A DNA stretch of 15,230 nucleotides from Oligoflexales bacterium (GTDB lineage Bacteria > Bdellovibrionota_B > Oligoflexia > Oligoflexales > RGVZ01). The first letter of the stretch is position 1, and every line of letters starts with the position of its first letter. The stretch is taken from positions 1-15,230 of the forward strand of contig JBIIGV010000070.1 of assembly GCA_044236265.1 (NCBI GenBank). The letters are read 5' to 3'. The notes under the pieces are model-generated. The model saw nothing but the letters and a program-made list of their open reading frames with translations, did not search any database and was not told where the DNA came from. Below are positions 1 through 8,956 of the stretch, in pieces. Position numbers and translations under genes: made by a program.

Positions 1-48
1 CTTCACGTCAGTGGTTGTCATGACCCGAGATGTAGTATTGGCCTGGCC

Positions 49-1222
49 CGTACCGTCCAATAATTCGTAATGTCAGACATATCGCTACGTTATCGTTACC
101 ACAAATTTTTGGGTAGTCTATCAATTTTCGGGACGTCCGTTTAAGTTCTAGACATGTGGGGCAACGTCTTAGTCATTTTTGAAGTTCTCATCCGTCAGTT
201 TATTTGGCTGATGATGCCGGCGCGCCGTTCGCAAGAGACACTAATGCTGCGCAAGTAGTTGCAGGTACTGAAGCGGAGTTCAAAGCGACCAAAATTGACT
301 TCATGGGACCGATTGTTTTTTGTAGCGCTTCTACGTCTCAATCAACGCGTTGTGGGCACTATTGTTACCATATCACCGAACACAGTTCTTGCGTGGCACC
401 GAAAACTTGCCGCACGCAGATGGACGTATCGCCAGAAGCCTCTTGGTCTACCCGTAACCGAAGCCGAAGTTAGAAATCTCGTTATCGAAATGAAAACCAA
501 TAATCCTCGTTGGGGCGCACGCCGCCTTGTCGGCGAACTTCGCAAACTTGGCAGAATCATTTCAAAATCAACCGTTCTAAACATACTAAAAGCGTCAGGG
601 TTTCCTAGCGGTGGCCCACGCCAAAACGAATCCTGGTATCGATTCTTGCGAAGTCACGGCCAGAGGTTTTTCGCCTGTGACTTTTTAACCGTTGATACTG
701 CATTTTGACGACGTCTTTATGTATTCGCTCTGATGGACACAAGTAACAGGCAAATCATCAGTATTGCCGTTACAAAGAATCCAACGGCTGTTTGGCTTGC
801 GACTGTCATTCGGAATGCATTTATGGAAATTGAAGATTATCCAAAGTTTATGGTTTCAGACCGCGACGGCATATACGGTGAATGGTTTGGCAAATTTCTT
901 AGCGACTGCTACGACATTACGTTGTATCGGACCCCGCCCCTTATGCCCAACTGCAACCCCTATATCGAGCGGTGGAATAGGACCGCTCGTGAAGAACTTC
1001 TGGACCACAGGATCATTTTTGGTGAACGCGATTTACGTCGCCTTCTACGGGAGTACGTCGACTATTTCAATCAAGCCAGGCCACATCAATCCCTAGGCCA
1101 AGATTCACCGTGTAGGCAATACGCAGTCGTCGGATTTGAGCGATCAAAAGTTCGGAGAGAGCGGTTGGTCGATGGGTTGATTGTCAGTTATAGCATGGCC
1201 GCATGATTATTTGGACGTTACG
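49..1222 (+). mobile_element. Insertion sequence, integrase-core (IS3/IS481-like DDE) type, copy 1, 1174 bp, inactivated
   Basis: Imperfect terminal inverted repeats CGTACCGTCCAA (49-60) and TTGGACGTTACG (1211-1222). Both boundaries coincide with where identity to copy 2 (5213-5626) starts and stops. No target-site duplication visible. Confidence 0.9.
154..1206 (+). pseudogene. DDE transposase/integrase-core protein, single frame with two in-frame stops
   Basis: ATG 154, ORF 259..708 and ORF 733..1206 share one frame. Stops are TAG 256-258 (GAG/Glu in copy 2) and TGA 706-708. HTH-like segment NPRWGARRLVGELRKLG...STVLNIL; catalytic motifs FFACDF (D), VSDRDG (D), NPYIERWNRT (E); C-terminal YFNQARPHQSLG. 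Confidence 0.9.
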
Positions 1223-1260
1223 CGCCTGAGCGCGGGATAATTGATTTCATCGTCCACGCC

Positions 1261-1728
1261 TTACTTAACAACTTTGAATATGGACTTTTTTCCTGATTCC
1301 TCAATTTTCTTTCGGATCTCTACGCCCTGCTTGTTTTTTTCGACTAGGTGTCTCGCGTTGCGCACGATGTAATCTAACCACTTAGTAACCCAGACTTGAT
1401 AGTCCTCTTTTGTGGGGCGACTATTATCCGACCAAGCATCATTGCGCTCCCAGGTGCCATTACTGTAATCCTCTGAGTCCGCGGAACCGTTAGGGTGATG
1501 GGCCAGGACAGCTTTGCCTTGCTCAAGGCCTTGGGTTAATTTCAAAGCCCAACTATGATTACAGCTGCCCTGCAAATAAAATCCAAGAAACGCTAACTGA
1601 CCATCATCGTAACACGTCGCGACGATTCCCTCGGCAGGCGGTTCGGCACCCATAGGCAGCACTATAACGTCCTCTGGGAATTGCAGGTTCTCGAGCTTTA
1701 GCCATTCTAAGTTTTTTTTCTCGCTCAC
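1261..1728 (-). CDS. Hypothetical protein, 155 aa
   Basis: GTG start preceded by AAGGAC; protein-like composition; C-terminus KKSIFKVVK. No family recognised. Confidence 0.7.
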   Translation of the reverse strand: MSEKKNLEWLKLENLQFPEDVIVLPMGAEPPAEGIVATCYDDGQLAFLGFYLQGSCNHSWALKLTQGLEQGKAVLAHHPNGSADSEDYSNGTWERNDAWSDNSRPTKEDYQVWVTKWLDYIVRNARHLVEKNKQGVEIRKKIEESGKKSIFKVVK

Positions 1729-1760
1729 GGAATTGTCCTTATGACTTTAGTTTTGACAAA

Positions 1761-1790
1761 TCGGGTCCTGCTCATTGGAGCCAGGCCCGA
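1761..1790 (-). terminator. GC-rich hairpin, possible weak terminator after the 1855-2208 gene
   Basis: TCGGG-T-CCTG-CTC/ATTG/GAG-C-CAGG-CCCGA; only TTTG follows on the minus strand. Confidence 0.3.
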
Positions 1791-1854
1791 CAAAGGATAA
1801 TACCCACGCAAACCATGGTTTTGTTTTTTTCTCAGACACACACTCAGACAGTAT

Positions 1855-2208
1855 TTAGTTTAATGCAAAGCATCCCGGCTTGGCCAGTGCCGCGGCGCAA
1901 TCCGCAGCGTCAGTTACCGCGTAGTTTTTGTCGACGGGCTTGCCTTTTTTCTCAACCGTTTGTTTCTCACACGCGGATACTTTACATTGATTTGGAGAGG
2001 CGAAGAATTTCGCTCTAAAATACAGTTTTCCTCCCCCCTTGATTCGGCACCAGATGATCCGTGTGCGCTCCGCGACGGATCCCTCGTCCTGGTAGCAGGG
2101 GCGTTCGTCCGTTGCTAATGCCGGAGTAGCAAGGAAGGGAAGGTGTAACATCAAGATAGCTGCTGCCAGTCGTCTTGGCAGTGAGGGAATTTCAGCAAGC
2201 GGGTTCAT
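1855..2208 (-). CDS. Secreted Cys-rich hypothetical protein, ~117 aa
   Basis: ATG (2208-2206) overlaps the upstream TGA (TGATG coupling); signal-peptide-like RRLAAAILMLHLPFLATPALA|TD; six Cys in the mature part. Confidence 0.7.
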   Translation of the reverse strand: MNPLAEIPSLPRRLAAAILMLHLPFLATPALATDERPCYQDEGSVAERTRIIWCRIKGGGKLYFRAKFFASPNQCKVSACEKQTVEKKGKPVDKNYAVTDAADCAAALAKPGCFALN

Positions 2209-2441
2209 CAAAGTGTGGAGTCCTCGGATTTGGGAGATTTTTCCAGCTTGTCTATATAGAACATCAAATCATGGGCGTTTGTGGATGAGCTTGAGGATTT
2301 GACCTGATGCTCAGAGTTAGCTGCCGTGGCAGCCAAGGTGCTTTCTGATGACGCGGCAAGACTGGCAAAAGAACTTAAACAAATAACCGTGACAATAAAA
2401 TCATACATAAATTCAGAAATAAGAAATTTTATGGCGCTCAT
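2208..2441 (-). CDS. Small hypothetical exported/membrane-anchored protein, ~77 aa
   Basis: AAGGAG 5 nt before ATG 2441; hydrophobic FIVTVICLSSFASLAA followed by a Ser/Ala-rich region; stop coupled to the next gene. Confidence 0.6.
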   Translation of the reverse strand: MSAIKFLISEFMYDFIVTVICLSSFASLAASSESTLAATAANSEHQVKSSSSSTNAHDLMFYIDKLEKSPKSEDSTL

Positions 2442-2510
2442 TGAGTCTCCTTGCCAGGACCCGTTAAAATTTAGCAATCAAGGAATGTTATGTCCAGTTA
2501 CCAATAAGGC

Positions 2511-2753
2511 ATGGGCAGACTTTGGTCCTCTGTGGTGCGTCAGGCTATCGCTCAGTTGCCACTCTTAGCGATTACAGAGGGTTTCTGGGAGCGGGCAGGG
2601 GATCTGCGCTCCGGAAATCTTCGCAAGGGCAGGAGAGCGCGACTGAGTGATGCTTTAATCGCGCAACTAGCGATCGATCATAAGATTCCACTTGTAACCA
2701 GGGATGCTGACTTTAAATACTTGCAACAAATCTCAAAATTGGAACTTGCTTAG
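2511..2753 (+). pseudogene. 5'-truncated PIN-domain (VapC-type) toxin remnant
   Basis: C-terminal PIN motifs WERAGDLR...LSDALIAQLAIDHKIPLVTRDADF are present. The N-terminal strand with the first catalytic Asp (DT motif) was not found upstream, and there is no adjacent antitoxin. Confidence 0.75.
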
Positions 2754-2757
2754 ATGA

Positions 2758-3012
2758 TTTCAGGGATTTGTCCGTGACGGACATTTCACTCCGGCGCCGG
2801 AGTTTTACATATATATTAGTCAAATTTCGACGCAGTTGGCGCTTATGATGAGCGTAGGTGCGGCCCGTTTTGCGTATCAATTCCCTGAAATCAAACAGTC
2901 GGTTTTTTGGGATTCATTTAAAGTTGGTCTGGCTCCGTATTTAATCTTTCTTGTGTTTTACGTGTGGGTGGTGGCGGTTGAATATTGGCGAGGCGAGGGA
3001 GCTGGGAAATAG
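2758..3012 (+). pseudogene. Possible membrane-protein gene fragment (not in ORF track)
   Basis: Open frame between TGA 2755-2757 and TAG 3010-3012: FQGFVRDG...LALMMSVG...LAPYLIFLVFYVWVVAVEYWRGEGAGK, with a TM-like C-terminal stretch. No convincing start/RBS. Confidence 0.3.
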
Positions 3013-3076
3013 CGAGATTGTGCTATTATCGGACTTAAGGCGGCTACCCGAAGCCGTCATAAGATCAGTGAGGATC

Positions 3077-4034
3077 ATGATGCACGGCAATGAACAAAGC
3101 GACCTGCCATTTCGGCTGTGTGATGAAATTTTTCATGATTACAAGGCGGAGTTCTTCAAGCTTTTAGAGTCGTGCGACCATCCTGATGCGCCTAGCGGCT
3201 TTGAGCGCGACGCAAATGGTGTAATTCACGATTCATGGCGTAAAACAACCCCCCTTGATTTAGCGATTTCGTGCGGGCGGAGATGGGCGATTTTGCCGCT
3301 AATAGAAAAGGGCGCTAACGCATTTGGCCCTCGGGGGCTCCCACATTGTTGTCCGATGGCAAGTGCCGTAATGACGAAGGATTTGTTTAGTCTCGCGCTA
3401 CTGTCGGATCCAAATGGAAAGTCTGCCGTTAAATACGCTAAAAACGTGGAATTTTTTGAAACATAATTTAATTGTGTGGAAGTTTCTAAAGGAACATAAA
3501 AACGCGTTTGCGGTTTTTTGTTCTGACGTTCGCGGAATAGTTAATTTGAACCCCGAATTAACTGAGCTGACGATGGGGCAGCAGTGGCATCGCGATATCA
3601 TCTTAAATGAGAAGCGACCTGTTGACAAAGGTTCTGTTGAGCATGCCTATTCCGAGCTTCGCGCATACAAAAGCGCGGATGGGTTTGATCTCTTGCAGTT
3701 AGAGATTATTGCCGGTAAAGTTCGTGGCTATCATGGTGTAATCAGTAAGCCCCTTAGTACACTTATAAATGCCGGAATTGATCTAAGCCGCAGTGGGCCA
3801 TTGGGATTAACTTGCTTGCACCTCATGGCCATGCGATTCGGTGACACCATTAACCATTACAGTGATGTGTTAGAGCTGCTGTTAAAGCATGGCGCTGATC
3901 CATCAATTTTGGACGGTGACGGAAAATCCGTACTTGACTACGCGCAATCAAATGTCATAGCGGCTCACATACCCAAGAATGAGCCGCCTTCGTCAAAGAT
4001 TATTGATTTGTCCACACGTATTCGCAAAAAATAA
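3077..4034 (+). pseudogene. Ankyrin-repeat protein split by a 1-nt frameshift (~318 aa if fused)
   Basis: GAGGA before ATG 3077. Ankyrin-like motifs TTPLDLAISCG...LIEKGAN, GLTCLHLMA...LLLKHGADPSILDGDGKSVLDYA. Removing one T from T6 at 3452-3457 joins ORFs 2951..3466 and 3414..4034 (…KNVEF-LKHNL…). Confidence 0.75.
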
Positions 4035-4071
4035 GTTCCGCCAATCGCGGTAATTCGCTTGAGGCACGCTA

Positions 4072-4199
4072 GGGCCGACTTTTGATCATTGTTCCCATGC
4101 CCCCGGTGGTATGGAGTCAGGGTTGCGTTACACCTCTGAATCAGAGGAACGTCACGCCCACTGGTCAGAAGCCCATTAAGCCTCTGTCGACTGACTATA
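4072..4199. other. Structured non-coding segment (three-way junction); possibly a remnant of an IS110-type non-coding end
   Basis: Pairings 4079-4088/4162-4171, 4095-4101/4108-4114, 4125-4131/4151-4157 and 4133-4138/4142-4147; TATAGT on the minus strand at 4199-4194. The family assignment rests on recalled resemblance only. Confidence 0.4.
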
Positions 4200-4501
4200 G
4201 CATTGCGATTTACCGGTAGTCTCCCCACAGCAAAGGGGCTTTGATAAAAAGTGAATTTCTCTACCTCAATCATGTCGAGTGCTACAATGACACGAAGATG
4301 TTTGTCCGTTGTAGGACCCAGATCTTCAGCAAATCCGGGAAAAAGATTTCGTTGCATTGATCGGAAGTATTGAGATACAGATTTCTTGAGCGTTTTTTAT
4401 CCTGATGTTTTGATTAGTGCTTACATCGTGTGGAAAAATACTTAACAAGTCCACTCACGTAAAATAAAAGAGCCGTATTTCAAGAGTTTTTAAATTGGCT
4501 C
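4196..4501 (-). mobile_element. Left-end remnant of an IS5/IS1182-type element with the N-terminal ~67 codons of its transposase
   Basis: 4396-4196 reads KTLKKSVSQYFRSMQRNLFPGFAEDLGPTTDKHLRVIVALDMIEVE...GRLPVNRNAI, resembling N-termini I recall from this transposase group (SQxW..IQ..LFP....LGPL....GRP...R.AIARAF). Similarity stops after RNAI. Candidate terminus GAGCCAATTTAAAAAC starts at 4501. Confidence 0.55.
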
Positions 4502-4548
4502 AATTATATTTCTTATTCAGGGATTCGGCGTAAAAACGGAAGGATTAT

Positions 4549-4896
4549 ATGCTGCGTCAAGTTATTAATCAAGTCGGCCGCGGTCTTATTTTTTTATTGC
4601 AATTAATTATACTTTTTATTTCAGGGCAAGCAGAACCTGCCTGGCTGCCGTTATTGGCGTGGTGTTTGTTCGGAATTTTATTTTTTTACACATCTATATT
4701 CCCTAGTCGTGTTTCAAAGTTCGAGATTTGGTTTCGCGCCGTTCTATTCATATTGTTCGCATTCGGCGTAGGATATTTTAGTTCCGGTGTGGAAACAAAT
4801 TCTGAGGCAAAAGGTTTACTTTCAGCGGTAATAGTCGCTGCCATAAGCATTGTTGCAATTTTTCTCGGCTATAATCGTAGGGGGCGAAGATTATAA
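4549..4896 (+). CDS. Small integral membrane protein (~4 TM), 115 aa
   Basis: AAGGA RBS, four hydrophobic segments, basic C-tail RRGRRL; locally AT-rich. Confidence 0.75.
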   Translation: MLRQVINQVGRGLIFLLQLIILFISGQAEPAWLPLLAWCLFGILFFYTSIFPSRVSKFEIWFRAVLFILFAFGVGYFSSGVETNSEAKGLLSAVIVAAISIVAIFLGYNRRGRRL

Positions 4897-5052
4897 AAAG
4901 GGCGGCAGTATATGATTAATCCGACACTATTTAGTCAACATTTAGACCTGCAATAAGAATAATTAGAGAGACGGAAAACAGAAGGTCAAAAAAATAACTG
5001 AAGAACAAAAGCGCAGTGCGTCTATGAAAAAACTAATGATTTTTGAATGACA

Positions 5053-5078
5053 GCGAGGCAGATAATGTCTCGCCTTTT
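5053..5078 (+). terminator. Possible intrinsic terminator
   Basis: GCGAGGCA-GATAA-TGTCTCGC followed by CTTTT. Confidence 0.3.
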
Positions 5079-5212
5079 CATAGCAGAATTTTGACGAAAT
5101 TTTGGAGATTTCAGACGATGTTTTTTGAACGCGGGGGTGGGTAAAATTTAGACGACATATGGGATTGTGGATCGCTTACGAAAATGCTGAATCATCTGGG
5201 AGGAGCTTTGCG

Positions 5213-5626
5213 CGTACCGTCCAATAATTCGTAACGTCAGACATGTCGCTACGTTATCGTTACCACAAATTTTGGGTAGTCTATCAATTTTCGGGACGTC
5301 CGGTTAAGTTCTAAACATGTGGGATAACGTCATAGCCATTTTTGAAGTTCTCATCCGCCAGTTTATTTGGCTGATGATGCCGGCGCTCCATACGCAAGAG
5401 ATACTAATGCTGCGCAAGGAGTTGCAGTTACTGAAGCGGAGTTCAAAGCGACCAATGGAAATCGGGAAATCGGGGACGCATAACTGGTTGCCCATTGATG
5501 TTGCAGATCAATCAACAACCAATCAGTTATGTGTCCCTGAATAGTCATCAAAAGTTCGGAGAGAGCGGTTGGTCGATGGGTTGATTGTCAGTTATAGTAT
5601 GGCAGCATGATTGTTTGGACGTTACG
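5213..5626 (+). mobile_element. Internally deleted copy 2 of the 49-1222 IS (414 bp, both termini retained)
   Basis: 5213-5455 aligns to 49-292 (16 differences by manual count) and 5547-5626 aligns to 1143-1222 (3 differences). 5456-5546 is unrelated sequence. Confidence 0.92.
5470..5540. repeat. REP-like long palindrome A, inside the deleted IS
   Basis: GGGACGCATAACTGGTTG (5473-5490) pairs with CAATCAGTTATGTGTCCC (5520-5537), 16 Watson-Crick + 2 G-T; preceded by the tandem GGAAATCG-GGAAATCG. Confidence 0.8.
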
Positions 5627-5638
5627 GATTTGCTAATT

Positions 5639-6133
5639 TCAAGGTGACTCTAACCTGAAAAGATTGCCGGTTAATTTTTTCAACTGACCGTAAGTTATCT
5701 GTTCTTTTGATATTGTCTGCAGTGCACACTCTACTAAAACGAATGTTCTTATCTGCTCGCCTGAGAGTCCAATGCGAATGGATTTTGCACCCTCGGGTAT
5801 TGATTTGATAAATACTACACGATCGGTAGCGCCCGTCGTCTCGTTGATATTTGAACCTCCTCCACCGAACGAACAGTAGTCTTTTGTCCAGATAGGGCTA
5901 GAAGTCCATCGATTATCTTGAAAGTAGTTTAGGCTCGTTTGCTTTATATCGCGGTTAATTACAAAGTTTAATTTCGAATTTAAATTGTAGATTTTTGTAT
6001 CGTCCGCAAGCTCACCGATTTTTATGGAATTTGGAGCGGGTTGTTTACTTGAATCATTTTTGGTGTCTTTCCTGTTTGACGATGCGCAAGCAGTCAGGCT
6101 AATCAAAAGAACTGTCAGTATTGTAATTCGCAT
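5639..6133 (-). CDS. Lipoprotein, hypothetical, 164 aa
   Basis: AGGAG RBS; signal peptide II MRITILTVLLISLTA|C with lipobox LTAC. Confidence 0.85.
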   Translation of the reverse strand: MRITILTVLLISLTACASSNRKDTKNDSSKQPAPNSIKIGELADDTKIYNLNSKLNFVINRDIKQTSLNYFQDNRWTSSPIWTKDYCSFGGGGSNINETTGATDRVVFIKSIPEGAKSIRIGLSGEQIRTFVLVECALQTISKEQITYGQLKKLTGNLFRLESP

Positions 6134-6203
6134 CTTCTATCAGCTCCTATTGAATTGATTTTAGCGTCTAAAGCCGGGTCTAACCCGTTGCAGCCAAGTG
6201 AGC

Positions 6204-6218
6204 GCAGCTTTCATGCCA
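6204..6218 (-). promoter_or_regulatory. Putative sigma54 (-24/-12) promoter of the lipoprotein gene
   Basis: Minus strand TGGCATG-AAAG-CTGC: GG-N10-GC spacing, close to the TGGCACG-N4-TTGC consensus, ~70 bp upstream of ATG 6133. Confidence 0.5.
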
Positions 6219-6267
6219 CAACTTTTGGCATTACTTACGGGGTATTAGCTTAGTTAAAATCGTCTAG

Positions 6268-6534
6268 GATAAACTTCCTGAAGTCAAGTCGGATAATCTT
6301 GGTGAGCAAACCTATGCAGCAATTTGCGCAGGCTGTCACGCGATGAACTATCAATTGATCGGACCACCCGTAAAAGAGATTCAAGCGAAGTATAAAGGCA
6401 ATCCAGAGGGCATTGTGAACTTTGCTCGTGCTCCCGTGAAAGTCCGCAGTGGCTTCCCTCAGATGCCTTCACAGGCTTATTTGGGTGACCAGAAGTTGCG
6501 TGCGGTAGCGGCACACATTCTGCTGAAGAAGTAA
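6268..6534 (+). pseudogene. Class I cytochrome c domain remnant lacking start and signal peptide
   Basis: In frame upstream of ORF 6343: GEQTYAAI-CAGCH (6325-6339), then IGPP and distal-ligand-like PQMPSQ. In-frame TAG at 6265-6267, and no in-frame ATG/GTG/TTG before the heme motif. Confidence 0.75.
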
Positions 6535-6566
6535 AAATTGAGCGGCTACGAATTTAGTTCGAGGGG

Positions 6567-8851
<2,285 letters not shown>

Positions 8852-8857
8852 TTTGGC

Positions 8858-8956
8858 AATTAGTGCCACCCGACTGATTCACTATTTAAATAGTAAATCA
8901 GTCGGGTGGCACTAATTTATTGCACTAATTTATTAGTCGGGTGGCACTAATTTATT
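8858..8956. repeat. REP-like long palindrome B with duplicated right arm; may act as a bidirectional terminator
   Basis: 30+30-bp loopless palindrome 8858-8917 with one mismatch. GCACTAATTTATT x3 (8909, 8922, 8944); AGTCGGGTGGCACTAATTTATT x2 (8900, 8935). Lies between convergent genes. Confidence 0.92.

Noticed and set aside
256..708. In-frame TAG/TGA in the transposase (and TAG before the cytochrome domain) as stop-codon recoding
   Set aside because: Copy 2 has GAG at the TAG site, and intact genes in the window end in TAG, TGA and TAA normally. These are nonsense mutations.
3965..4357. 130-aa ORF as an intact gene
   Set aside because: Chimeric: 54 transposase-like codons read on into non-coding DNA and the antisense of the ankyrin gene.
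4900..5212. Possible decayed gene upstream of IS copy 2
   Set aside because: Only short stop-interrupted frames; no family recognisable.
5304..5551. ORFs 5304..5495, 5317..5544 and 5363..5551 as genes
   Set aside because: By-products of the deleted IS fused to the palindrome insert.
1223..6200. Integron cassette array
   Set aside because: ORFs are in mixed orientation, no recurring RYYYAAC...GTTRRRY attC structures were found, and there is no tyrosine integrase.
8858..8956. CRISPR array
   Set aside because: The repeats are contiguous partial arm duplications with no unique spacers, and no cas genes are present.
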